Source of the DNA: Octopus sinensis
Taxonomy: Eukaryota
Reading direction: 5' to 3'
Assembly: GCF_006345805.1 (NCBI RefSeq)
Contig: NC_043000.1
Span: 32,426,001-32,490,000, forward strand
Length of the DNA: 64,000 nucleotides
In this document: piece by piece, positions 12,714 through 24,819 of the stretch
Numbering within the stretch: position 1 is the stretch's first letter
How the letters are laid out: every line of letters starts with the position of its first letter
Notes under the pieces: generated by a model
The model's input: only the letters and a program-made list of their open reading frames with translations
Database searches by the model: none
Told to the model about the DNA's origin: nothing
Program-made: the position numbers and the translations under genes

Positions 12714-13239
12714 TATTTTATGTGAATAATACATAGCCTATTGACTAATTTTTCTGTACGCTAGACCACTGGTAGTAAAAAATTTCTAAAATCTTTATTA
12801 CCCTGATATTATTAATTATGTATATATATATATACACATACACAGATACATATATATACATACACAGATACACACACACACATATATATATATATATACA
12901 CACATACAAATACATATATACATATATATACATACATATATACATATATATATATACATACATACATATATATATATACATACATACATATATATATACA
13001 TGCATATATATATATATATATACATACATATATATATACATACATATATATATATATAAACATATATATACATACATATATATATACATACATACATATA
13101 TACATACATACATATATACATACATATATACATACATATATACATACATACATTATATATATATACATATATATATAATGTATACAAATATATATACATA
13201 TAAATACATACATATATATATATATGTACATACATATTT

Positions 13240-13280
<41 letters not shown>

Positions 13281-13285
13281 CACAA

Positions 13286-13338
<53 letters not shown>

Positions 13339-13897
13339 CATACATACATACTATATATACATACATATATACATACATACATACATACAGATATATATAT
13401 ATATACATATATATGTTAACCATAGATGTATATCCTTTAGGAATGGCAAATCTTGGAGTTAATAAATTTATATATAATAACAGATAAATATTGGGTTAAG
13501 AGCCCTTTTGGATGATAAAAGTCAATGGTTGCCTTTGACTTTTCAATTCAGAGGTTTTCAATCCAATATTTATGTGATTTTTTATATAGCTTTATTTGAA
13601 ATCCCCCATTCTGAAGAACAATCATTTCACACGATTAACAGCAGATATTTCTGATGGAGACAAATATTAAACAGCACATATTTATAGATAACAGTAATTG
13701 AAAAATGAACAACAAAGAGAACTGCTACTGAGAATGAAACCAAATATATCTTGTCTCCTGGGCATATGTGTTAATCCTTACAACATGCCTATTCAGTTGA
13801 TAAGACATATATACTTGGAGTATTATAATATGAAATATGGTGTCATTTAATATGCTCGATCTTATTTCTCATTCTTTAATTTTGTTCACAATTACTG

Positions 13898-13945
<48 letters not shown>

Positions 13946-14040
13946 TTTAACTGGGACTTCAAGTTTCACCTTTAAGGACCTTTTGAACTTGATTGAATAT
14001 GCTGTTAAAGGAGTTCCAGTCAAATCAATATTATCCTTAC

Positions 14041-14090
14041 TCTACTAAGTGTATAGTCTCATCATCAGTAATATTTTGTTTTTCAGTAAG
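14041..14090 (-). CDS. Possible alternative downstream exon of the zinc-finger gene (LTEKQNITDDETIHLV)
   Basis: TTTGTTGATCAG acceptor in phase 0 matches the CAG|GTAAAC donor at 16399; GTAAGG donor or in-frame TAA follows; no certain next exon. Confidence 0.35.
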
Positions 14091-14168
14091 CTGATCAACA
14101 AATAATACATATAATATATACATATATACGCGCACACCACACACACACACACACACATATATATATAC

Positions 14169-14210
<42 letters not shown>

Positions 14211-14354
14211 ATTCAAGAGCAATAAAGATTCAAGTTAATTTAAAAAATTACTTGAATATGGTACCTAACTTAGACACCAAAAAAACTATACTGATTTAAC
14301 AATACAGTAATGTGGGGTGATTATAGCGAGAAAGAAGCAACAAGAATGATAGGT

Positions 14355-14441
14355 TTTTAGTACGATCGTTTCATACAAGGACAGGTTTTATTAAAAGTTG
14401 CAAGATTACGCATATAACGGTCCCGTACTCATCAGCTAAAA
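14355..14441 (-). ncRNA. Type I hammerhead ribozyme, core and helices apparently intact
   Basis: TTTTAG-CTGATGA-GTACGGGAC...GTCCTTGTAT-GAAA-CGATCG-TA-CTAAAA; perfect 6-bp helix I; cleavage predicted between 14361 and 14360. Confidence 0.88.
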
Positions 14442-14953
14442 TACATGTAAGTTCTCTAGACATCCAGTGTTTGAGGCTATACTCATGAAGTATGTAGATA
14501 ATTAAACAGATTTCTAAAGTTCATTAAAGTTCTTTAAGATGATGTACAGTCTTTCACAGAATTTTAAAAAGTTTTGATAGCATCACAGAGAAGGTGACCT
14601 AATCCATATAATTTCCATAGATATGATGAGGATTATTACTCACAGAAGACATTTATCCATTGTTTTCAACGAGGTGGGTCTCAATTGAGACCCACCTGGG
14701 ATGGAGACCCACCTCGTTGTAATAACAATGGATAAATTTGTCTTCTGTGAGTATATAATCCCTCATCATTCTATGGAAATTCATATGGATTAGGTCACCT
14801 TCTCTGTGATGCTATCAAAACTTTTTTAAATTCTGTGATAAGACTGTACATCATCTTTAAAGAACTTTAATGAACTTTGAAATCTGTTTAATTATCTACA
14901 TTACTTCATGAGTATAGCCTCAAACACTAGGATGTCTAGAGAACTTACATGTA

Positions 14954-15040
14954 TTTTAGCTGATGAGTACGGGACTCGTTTATATGCTGTAATCTTTGCA
15001 CTTTATAAAACCTGTCCTTGTATGAAACGATCGTACAAAA
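14954..15040 (+). ncRNA. Type I hammerhead ribozyme (inverted partner)
   Basis: CTGATGA 14960-14966; GAAA 15024-15027; CGATCG-TA; helix I 3' strand CAAAA lacks one T relative to the partner. Confidence 0.8.
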
Positions 15041-15079
15041 CCTATCCATTCTTGTTGCTTCTTTCTCGCGTATATATTA

Positions 15080-15129
<50 letters not shown>

Positions 15130-16371
15130 ACACACAACATACTATATGTGTGTATGTATGTTACATTAACTTACTTAATGACTGAGAGAAATAAGACTTG
15201 ACCGTTGAGTCTTGTGGTCTGAACCTCAATGAGGCATTGTACTCTATCAAAGAGTAAATAAATTGCTGCACTTTACTTTAGATCACATTAACAAAACTAA
15301 AAGAGATTCTTGTCCTTGAGAAACGCAGAATTCCTAATAGAAAACCACTTAAGCAAATGCTTATGAAAATGTATATATCGTTGTGTAACAACATTTTGGC
15401 CATCAAACACATACATATATATATATGTATGTATGTATGTATGTATAGAAATGATAAAGATATAGATATTAAAATAGTTAAATATCTGGCTTATATGAGA
15501 AATATTTCTTTCCTTACATGTTACTGCTTGGTTATGAAGTGTTCATGCAAAAATAAAATAAATGCTATGGATTGACTGCTAAATTCCAAGTCAAGCACCA
15601 TTGAGATGGTATACAGCCAGACAGTCTAACAAACGTTTCTTTAGGCTGTTATGTTCTTCAAATATTTACAGGCACAAAGTTATAGGTTCCAAATGTGAAC
15701 CAAATAGGTGCAATTTGATCATTCAGTAACAGTTCAATTGGTGGCTTTCTTCATTTATTTAGAGGCACTATATTGCAAACAAATTTCAGATGGGGAACAA
15801 GTCCAATCAACATTCTATGTATAGATGCATTATACCAAATATATTCTGTTTTCTGGTCCCCATCCCTATTATTTGATAAATTTCCATGGTAATGGCTTCA
15901 AAGACTCTGTAGATCCATTTATTATTTGCTGGAATTGTTAATCACTCAACCATGAAGGAGAATCGTTTTCTTCACATAATTCTAAACTTCTCAGTATTTT
16001 ACATGGTATCTGAATCAATTCACATTTCAAATACATTCCAGATAAGAATCAATCAGACAAGATCCAATTAAATAATTGTACAAGAGATTCTGTGTTTTAT
16101 AGAATTAGAGTCCACCACAAAGGCCATTTTCCTGATGTATTAATAAGTCCTATATTGCAAACTGATACAGTTAAGTATTCTGTAGCCAATACACATTTTA
16201 CAAATGACCACATCTTTGTTTGTAATGCTGTACCTACTGATATGCTTTGTAGTAGGGAAGAAGACCATGCTTCATCTCTGCTGAATTAACTACAATAGCA
16301 GATGTTGATGAAAATAGTGAAGCAGTGTTTTATGTTGCTATCAGCAAGGATTCCAGATAAGGACCAACCAA

Positions 16372-16623
16372 TCATGATTCATTTAATCCAACGTTTACCT
16401 GGTCTACAACTGCTTCTGTGTCTTTTACACCTTGATACTTTTTGTATGGTTTGGTCCTTACCTTCATAAACTCTTCTTTGGATAACACATGGATGCCTGT
16501 TGCAGTTAGCAATTTCCCATGTCGTGTTTTCAAATGTCTTTTATATGTATTACGGGTTTTGAATTTTTGAGGACAGTCTTTGCATTCAAAAGGAGTTTCT
16601 CCTGTATGCCGCCGTAGGTGTTC
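16372..16623 (-). CDS. C2H2 zinc-finger gene exon 9 (end of finger 3, finger 4, stop)
   Basis: TTTTCCTCAAG acceptor, phase 0; EHLRRHTGETPFECKDCPQKFKTRNTYKRHLKTRH; TGA at 16372-16374. Confidence 0.93.
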   Translation of the reverse strand, partial: EHLRRHTGETPFECKDCPQKFKTRNTYKRHLKTRHGKLLTATGIHVLSKEEFMKVRTKPYKKYQGVKDTEAVVDQVNVGLNES

Positions 16624-17974
16624 CTTGAGGAAAAGTAAAAAAAAAAACAAGACAAAACAAATGAAAAATTTGTTCTTTATGTTCATGATTATAGGGTTTA
16701 CACAGTTTTCAATTGGAAACTAAATATTGAGGGTATCAACAATTTGATCCTCCTGCTAACACAAAAATCCCTGTAATCACTCAAAGTGGTAGCAAGAAAA
16801 GTAACAGTTTTTGTTTTGTGATCAAAGATAGTTAAATTCAATTTGTTTGAATCTTGTAACTTGTGACAAACAGCAATTTCATATACAGATTTGTAAAATA
16901 GCCTACTTTCAAATGTTCTGCCAAGGCTATCATATTTGAATGCTTATAAGCTGCATTTTGTATTTTTATAAATATCACCAAAAAATCATCTCTATGCGAA
17001 GTTGGGCCTATATTATGTGTTTTAATGCACTAATAAATTTTTTTATGACTATGTACTGCTGAAATAGGTGGGAGGTGTCTAATATGCTTGTGCATCTTTC
17101 ATGCCGTCAAATACAGTATATCTTCTTACCAAACATAGAAAACCAAATATAAAAACATCATTATTCCACATATACCCACGCCTAAACTAGTACATATATA
17201 TTTAAATCTATTTCATCAATAAAATATAAGCCAAAAAGGAAGGTTGTCTATACCGGTTATGATTCGAATAAGAGAACAAACTCCTTTTGGCTGTATTTCG
17301 TCTGATTAGAAAAAGGAGACAACAATGAAAAGAGGTATCACAATATTAGCAAATAGATTCCACAATTCATACACATAAGCTCTGATACTAATTATAATTA
17401 CAACTTAACCTGAAAAATTCACTCGTCAAAGTTCAGACCCGAATATTTGCAAAATTTATCTTTAATAACCAATCTTTACATTCCTCTATGAACAAACCAA
17501 AATAATCCTTCACCTCTCAGATCCAACAACTATTTTACTCTCTAACTCAGTTGAAGGTTTCTTTTTTAGTGTTAGATATAAAGGCTGTCAATTTTTAGTG
17601 GAAGGCTATGAGAAGTTGCAATGTTGTTCTATTAGCAGCATAAAGTAACCAAGCATCAAAGACAATTCCTAGCTACCAGTACCTTACCTACTGCTACTGT
17701 CTCAAAGACTATGAAATAGCTTCAACATGAAAACTCATCATATCTCTCTATAATAATCCCAACTGATATCTGCAAAGGTGTTGATTCTATTTTCTGCAGA
17801 AAATAATGACACAACTTCATCTTAGAATACCAGCTTATATTGTATTTTAATTATAAAATCAAAACAATTTGTTAAATAGACCAAGGAGGATTTGTTCTGA
17901 GTCTCCAGTCTCTAGAAACACGATTATTAAATGCCTCACACACTTGAGCTTATGGAGGAGGAGGAGGAGTCACT

Positions 17975-18350
17975 GCCGCTTGGCTTGATGAGTCTTCTCA
18001 AGCATGGCATAATACCAAATGTCTCGGTCATTTGTCATTGCCTCTGTGAGGCCCAACGCTCGAAAGGTGCTTTTCACATTCCACTGGCACCAGTCACCTT
18101 GCCCCTGTGAGAACATTCAAAAGGTGCTTTCTATGTGCCACCAGCATGGGTACTAGTTACGTGACACCTGCATCAGCCACGACTACGATTTCACTTGGCT
18201 TGACGGGTATTCCCAAGCACAGCATATCGCCAATGGTCTCAGTCACTAGTCATTGCCTCTGTGAGGCCCAACATTTGAAGATCATGCTTCACCACCTCAT
18301 CCTATGTCTTCCTGTGCCTACCTCTACCACAGGTTCCCCCTACAGTTAGA
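17975..18350 (-). mobile_element. RTE LINE 3' end with duplicated ORF terminus
   Basis: RKT*DEVVKHDLQMLGLTEAMTSD motif; the GTTGGGCCTCACAGAGGCAATGAC segment occurs twice. Confidence 0.75.
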
Positions 18351-18526
18351 GATCGGATTGAAATGATAATTTGACAAAATAAGAACATCACATCACATAC
18401 TAAAAGAAACAGGAAATCACTGTCAACCATCTTATACAGCAACAAAATATAAACTCACAACTAATACATTTTTTACTTAACTATTACATCTTACAACAAC
18501 AGTAACATTAAAGCAACTCAAGTTAC

Positions 18527-18672
18527 CTTAAAATGGCTCGGATGTCTAAATTTTCTCCCACAGTCTTTACATGTGAATCGACTTTGGTCATTATGAATTA
18601 GCATATGATAATTGAGACTGTGTTGTCTGGTAAATGATGTTCTGCATAGAAGGCACACAAAAGGTTTGATCC
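18527..18672 (-). CDS. C2H2 zinc-finger gene exon 8
   Basis: TTTTCAG acceptor phase 1; GIKPFVCLLCRTSFTRQHSLNYHMLIH...CKDCGRKFRHPSHFK; AAG|GTAACT donor phase 0. Confidence 0.95.
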
Positions 18673-19479
18673 CTGAAAACAAGTGCCCAGATAAAATATA
18701 AAAAAAAAACATTAATTTCAAATCTTTAAAGAGAAATAGAGAATCATTTAATTAAAATTATATCAAACAGCCATCTCACATTTATATACAGTGTACAGCT
18801 TTAAAAACACTTGATACAGTTTCATTACAAAATAATTACAACCATTAAAATTCACTTTATAAATGCTTATTAATGACATTTTATGCAGCTAAAATTAACA
18901 GTTGACTTTAGAATGAATGATAAAAACTTTAAAACAATATGTTGATCCAGATAGTTATTAACAAGGAAACAACCAAAAGAGAGAAACTGGGTCACACAAA
19001 ACATTAAATTAAAAAAGGCTTTTTAAAGAGCTGCACAAATGCAAATGAAACTATAACAGCTCATGATATAACCGGTAAAATAAGCCTTAGTCAAATAAAA
19101 GGGGAGTGAATCACATCCAGGAATCGAACAATGTGTTTGCTATAGACTAGATGGCTGCAACCACTAGATTGAAGAGACCTACTGACTTTCAACCATCTAA
19201 AATTAACATTATTTGCACAAACTTTATTTGTAGAGATGAATGGTATCATGGCACAAATGTCATTCAATTCCTGTAGGTGATTCTCTTTGTTTTTATCCCC
19301 ACCCCTTCAGGTTATTTTTATCCTTTACATCTTGAATTATTATAGCAGCTATTTCTAAAGACTCAAAGCTTCAAAGGAACTTAGTTGATCCGGTTGCAAT
19401 GATGGTATATGAAGATCTCACTATTAAATGGGAATAAGGTCTGATATCAGAACAAAGATTAATATTAGATTAATTTCCA

Positions 19480-19665
19480 AGCGAAATGCTTAGCAGTATT
19501 TCGTCTGCCTTTACGTTCTGAGTTCAAATTTCGCCAAGATTGACTTTGCCTTTCATCCTTTCGGGGTGAGTAAATTAAGTACCAGTTGTGTACTGGGGTT
19601 GATCTAATCAACTGGCCCCCTCCCCCAAAATTTTGGGTCTTGTGCCAAGAGTAGAAACAAATATT
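19480..19665 (+). mobile_element. tRNA-derived SINE (family of 5581-5803)
   Basis: TTCTGAGTTCAAAT..GACTTTGCCTTTCATCC..AGTACCAGT core; related copies near 19680-19870, 62240-62370, 62610-62820, 59220-59400. Confidence 0.8.
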
Positions 19666-19882
19666 ACATTAATTCAAAGTGGTAAGCTGGCAGAATTGTT
19701 AGCACAGAGGAACAAGATGCTTTGCTCAAATTCCACTCAGATTAATTTTGTCTTTTGGAGTCGATACAAAATACCAGTTGAGCACAGAGGTCAAAGTAAT
19801 TGACTAGCCCCACCACACACACACACACACACGATCCCCCAAAATATCAGACCTTGGGCTTTGATTACTTCATTTCACTTAC

Positions 19883-20018
19883 CAGCATGACTGCGATAGT
19901 GATACATTAGTGTTGCACTAGCTGTAAAAGTTTTGTTCAAACAAATTTGGCAAGTAAGGGAAATTTTCTCATCTTTCTTTCGGGCTTTTAGTTCTCGGAT
20001 GCAATGTAAAGCAGTTTT
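19883..20018 (-). CDS. C2H2 zinc-finger gene exon 7 (finger 1)
   Basis: TATTCCAG acceptor phase 0; CQICLNKTFTASATLMYHYRSHA; G|GTAAGT donor phase 1. Confidence 0.95.
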
Positions 20019-20312
20019 CTGGAATAGAAGTGAAAAAAAAAAATAAAGGATTTTCATTTCAACAAATTCCTTTACCTTATTTCAAATGCCTACATGCTCT
20101 TACTTTAAAAGAAAAAATCAAAAAACTACAATTTTGACAACAGAATGTGAAGATCTAGATTTCTACCATTTGTCTTTCACTATCCTAGCTTTCAACTGAA
20201 ACCAAATAAAAATAAGACTCTGCACATGCTTCAACCAGCACTAGTTTCTACTCTCAAATCACTTTCTATTCTTTGCAAACAATACAAAAGCCAATCAGAA
20301 AATGTTACTTAC

Positions 20313-20470
20313 TCTCTCTAAATCATCAATGACATTTTCATTATCCTCACTTTTTCTTCCATTGGATTCTTCCAGGTTCCTTTCACCTTCACTAAATGAT
20401 TCCTCTTCTTCAGGCACTTGAATTTTCCCCTTCTTTGCTAAAGCTGATTTTGGCATTGGTGGATAAGGTT
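20313..20470 (-). CDS. C2H2 zinc-finger gene exon 6 (acidic linker)
   Basis: TTGTTTATTCAG acceptor phase 1; PYPPMPKSAL...IDDLER; AGA|GTAAGT donor phase 0. Confidence 0.88.
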
Positions 20471-21202
20471 CTGAATAAACAACATTACAATATATTGCCA
20501 ATGAATCAATGTTACTTAAGCAGGATACATTATCTTCGTTTTCCATAATTTGTTTTATCAATTAAAGGGTGACATCATGACATTCACAGAACTTTTGCAC
20601 TTTTAATGTGAAACAAACGCCAAGAAGTAGTCATGCCTATCTATGTGTGCTTATACGTCTGAGTATAGAAGAAAGGTTGGTGGGAGGGATGGGCAGAATT
20701 TTTATAGCACTGGACAGAATACTTCATAGTAGTTCTTTGGCTCTTTAAGCTCTCAGTTCAAATCCCATTGAGATTATTTTTACCTGTCATCATTGTAGGG
20801 TCAATAAAACAAAATACGAGTCCAGAGTTATGGGTTGGAGTGAGAATTAAGACATTGGGCAAAATAGTTTGAAATATTTGTTCTGAGTGTTTATGTTCCA
20901 AGTAGTGAGGCAAGTTATGACAAATTTGTCAGTAGCTTAGCAACAGTCATCATGGAGATGACATTTCAGTGAACATTCTCTGATAGTGCTTCATGTCTTC
21001 CTAGAAGACATTAATGAAATGGCAAAGCAAAAAGTAACTAACATGCATAAATGTATACACCACATAGCCACACCAGGTTGGGCATCCAGCTGTAGAAACA
21101 GTGCCAGATCAGACTGGAGCCTAGTGCAGCCTTCTGGCTTCCCAGACCCCGGTTGAACCATCCAACCCATGCTAGCATGGAAAACGGACGTTAACAATGA
21201 TG

Positions 21203-21255
<53 letters not shown>

Positions 21256-21419
21256 CATACATACATACATTATAATATATAATGTTTTTTTATACTTTTT
21301 AATTTAAAAAATTAAGATAAACAAAGTTCTTTATTAATCTCCTTCATTTTCTACAATGCTCTTCCATCTATCTATATATACACATATGTATATATATATA
21401 TTTTTCTCTCTAGTTTCAG

Positions 21420-22830
21420 CTCAGAGCTGCGGCCATGCTGATGCACCGCCGTTTTGCTACACTGTTATTACTAAGAGCCTCCTCTAATATGTGGAACTTG
21501 GTGAAGAATGGAGTTTGATATAGCTACTCTCATTTGCACCTCTTGCCGTGAAGTAGGTTCATCTGGGACTCTCGACAGGAAGAGGTCCAGCTTTAATTTA
21601 AAAACCCCTACATCTACTTTGTGCAAGTTCCTCAGACTCTTTGGGAGAATATCAAAAAGCTGTGGGCCCTTGAAACCCAGGCTGTTGTAATAACTGGTCC
21701 TGAAGCTTGATGGCATTGCTGCGATCTTTGGCACTATGCAGTGTCGTCCCGTTCTAGCATTGGTGTAGCTTTCAATGCCAAAATTTGGCACAATTCCTTC
21801 CAGGATCTTCCGGATATATATTACTGCATACCTCTCCCGTCTTCTCTCCAGGGTGTAGAGTCTTAGCTGTTTCAACCTTTCTCAGTAGCTGAGCTGTTGC
21901 AAAGAGACAATCTTCTTTGTGAATGTTCTCTGGATTGCTTCAAGGCCTGCTGTTAATTTCACACTGGTGGGTGACCACAGGTGTGAGCAGTAATCCAGGT
22001 GGCTGAGGATGAATGTCCACTAGAGGACCATCATGGTTTCCTTATCTCTGGTTCTGAATGTTCTTAGAATCCATCCAGCAAGTCATCTGCGCTTTGTCGC
22101 CATCCTGGTAATGTGCACTTGGAAAGAGGTATCATCACCCATGTCAATACCCAGGTCCCCTCACTGACTTTAGGCTCTGGGATTGAAATTCCCTGTGGAC
22201 CAGTGTACCCTGTAAGTTTCATATTCAGTTTTGGATGCTGGTAGCGTAGAGCTTGGAATTTTTCAGCATTAAACTGCATATTATTATCCTCAGCCCATCA
22301 GTAAATTGAGTCCAACTCCTGCTGCAGGTGTGCAACATCGCTGGGGTTCTGTATTTTCTGCGAGACTTTCGTATCATCTGTATAGCTTGCCAGAGTTGCT
22401 ATCCGGGCATTTGAGGGCATATCTGAGAGGGCCACTATAAAAAGCAGTGGTCCCAAAACAGTGCCCTATGGAACACCGCTCACTATTTGTGTGTTCATAG
22501 AGGTGGCTCCGTTAGCCACTACTGCCTGACTCCTATCTTTCAGGAAGTCCTGTAACCATTCTCCAAGTTTTCCGGCTATGCCTAGGTCACGCAGTTTGTG
22601 GTATATCATACCATGATCCACCTTATCAAAAGCTTTTGCAAAATCAAGGTATATTACGTCCACATTTGATTTGTTGAGTAACTGCCTCAACACCCAGTCA
22701 TAATGTTGTAAGAGCTGGGTCAGGCAGCTCCTACCTGGTCGAAAACCATGCTAGGTATCACTCAGCAAATTATTTTCTTCAAGGAATGCGATTAGTTTCC
22801 CTCTGACTATCCATTCATGACTTTGCTGAT
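21420..22830 (-). mobile_element. CR1-clade LINE fragment (RT to 3' end)
   Basis: VDVIYLDFAKAFDKVDH, SGVP, YTDDTK, LRLYTLERRRERY. Confidence 0.9.
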
Positions 22831-23035
22831 GAATTCATAGTTGGAGCATATGCAATTATGAGTGTTGCATAGCGACCTTTTCTTAATGGCAGCCTTAAAG
22901 ACATTAAACGAGCTAAATGACCATATAGTTCAAGTTTTGAAGCCAGAGTGGTTTTGATAGCAAATCCCACTCCTGATTCTCTCTTATAGGTCTCCTCTCT
23001 ACTGTTCCAAAAGAAAAGGTTTCCAGCAGATTTCT

Positions 23036-23300
23036 CTACAAAATTCCCCTTTCATGAATTCTTGTTTCAGCTAATGCTACAACATCCATATCATATCGCT
23101 GTAACTCTTTTGCAACAAGCAAAAATCTTCTCTCCGGACGAGATTTCAGACAATCATTGTCTAATAACGTGCAAACATTCCAACATCCTATATTCATAGG
23201 TTTCCATCTTAACTTGAATTTACTCACAGTTGCAGGATGACGACCAGATCCAGGCTGTGGTGCCCTGGGACACCTGCCAGGCCAGACCACAGAACAAAAT
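23036..23300 (-). mobile_element. RTE/BovB-like APE endonuclease N-terminal fragment
   Basis: MNIGCWNVCTLLD...RPERRFLLVAKELQRYDMDVVALAETR. Confidence 0.8.
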
Positions 23301-23765
23301 ATTCCAGACCCCTTTTTGCCATTTACTTCACTATCAATATGAACTTCCATTGTTTAAATGTGCCTTTTTAAGCTTTGGCCAACCATGTACATACAAGATG
23401 TCCATTTCTTTTACCACTCCAGCAATACCTGTGCTTGACATTTTTTAAAGATCATGCTTTGTAGTTCAGAGAGTGGGAATGGTTGCTGTGCAAAACTTTT
23501 TCTCCCGTGCCAGTGGCACGTAAAAAGCACCAACCAATCGTGGGCATTGCCAGCCTCGCCTGGCACCTGTGCCGGTGGCACGTAAAAAGCACCCACTACA
23601 CTCACGGAGTGGTTGGCGATAGGAAGGGCATCCAGCTGTAGAAACACTGCCAGATCAGACTGGCGCACCCTAACCCTAACCCTTCCCAGACCCCGGTCGA
23701 ACCGTCCAACCCATGCTAGCATGGAAAACGGACATTAAACAATGATGATGATGATATATATATAC

Positions 23766-23796
<31 letters not shown>

Positions 23797-24819
23797 CATA
23801 TATACATACATATACATACATATATACACATACATATATATATATACATAAATATACACACATACATATATATACATACATATACATACATATATATACA
23901 TACATACATATATATATGGTGGACTCACCCATCAAAGAGGATGAATGAGCATTCAGCTTTTGCTGAACAACTTCCACAAGCGAATTGTTTATAGTGGTCA
24001 AATGTTTGTGCCACACATTGACTTACACTCTCCATCAAATCAACATTGTCTGAACAGGTGCACTATGTACCACGCGTCAGGTGGCAAAGTGATCACAGAA
24101 CAGAACAGAACAACATGAGATGAAGTGTTTTGCTCAAGAGAAACCACAATCACAAGGCCATGAGTTCAACAACCTAACAACTAGACCATGCACCCTCATA
24201 TACATATGTGCATATATACATACATACATCATCATCATTTAGCGTCTGTTGTCCATGCTGGCATGGGTTGGGTGGTTTGACCAGGGCTGGTAAGCTGGAA
24301 GGCTGCACCAGACTCCAGTCTGTTTTGGCATGGTTTTCTATGGCTGGATGCCCTTCCTAATGCCAACCACTCTGAGAGTGTAACGGGTGCTTTTATGTGC
24401 CACTGACATGGGTTGCCAATTGCATGACAACAGTATCTGTCACAACTGCAATTTTACTTGGTTTGATGGATCTTCTCAAGCATGACATAATGCCAAAGGT
24501 CTTGGTCATTGCTTCCATGAGGCCCAACACTCCCTATTTATGTTATCAATGATGATGATATACATACATACATTTTTTTCTTAAAAAAATATATATCCAT
24601 ATGTATAGTACCGCCTGACTGGCCCTCGTGCCAGTGGCATGTAAAAGCACCGACTACACTCTCGGAGTAGTTGGCGTTAGGAAGGGCAACCAGCTATAGA
24701 AACTCTGTCAGATCAGATTTGGAGCCTGGTGCAGCCATCTGGCTCGCCAGTCCTCAGTCAAACCGTCCAACCCATGCCAGCATGGAAAGCGAACGTTGAT
24801 GATGATGATGTATATATGT

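Larger units (their letters stand above)
14322..15074. mobile_element. 750-bp foldback element with a hammerhead in each arm
   Basis: Arms of about 360 bp are reverse complements; centre TCTCAATTGAGA with a duplicated GAGACCCACCT; TA-rich flanks. Confidence 0.9.

Noticed and set aside
8640-13490. Many long Y/I/M/C/V/H/T-rich ORFs (also near 23.7k, 45k, 55-56k, 59k, 63k)
   Set aside because: Translations of (TA)n, (CA)n, (TATG)n and (GATA)n microsatellites; not genes.
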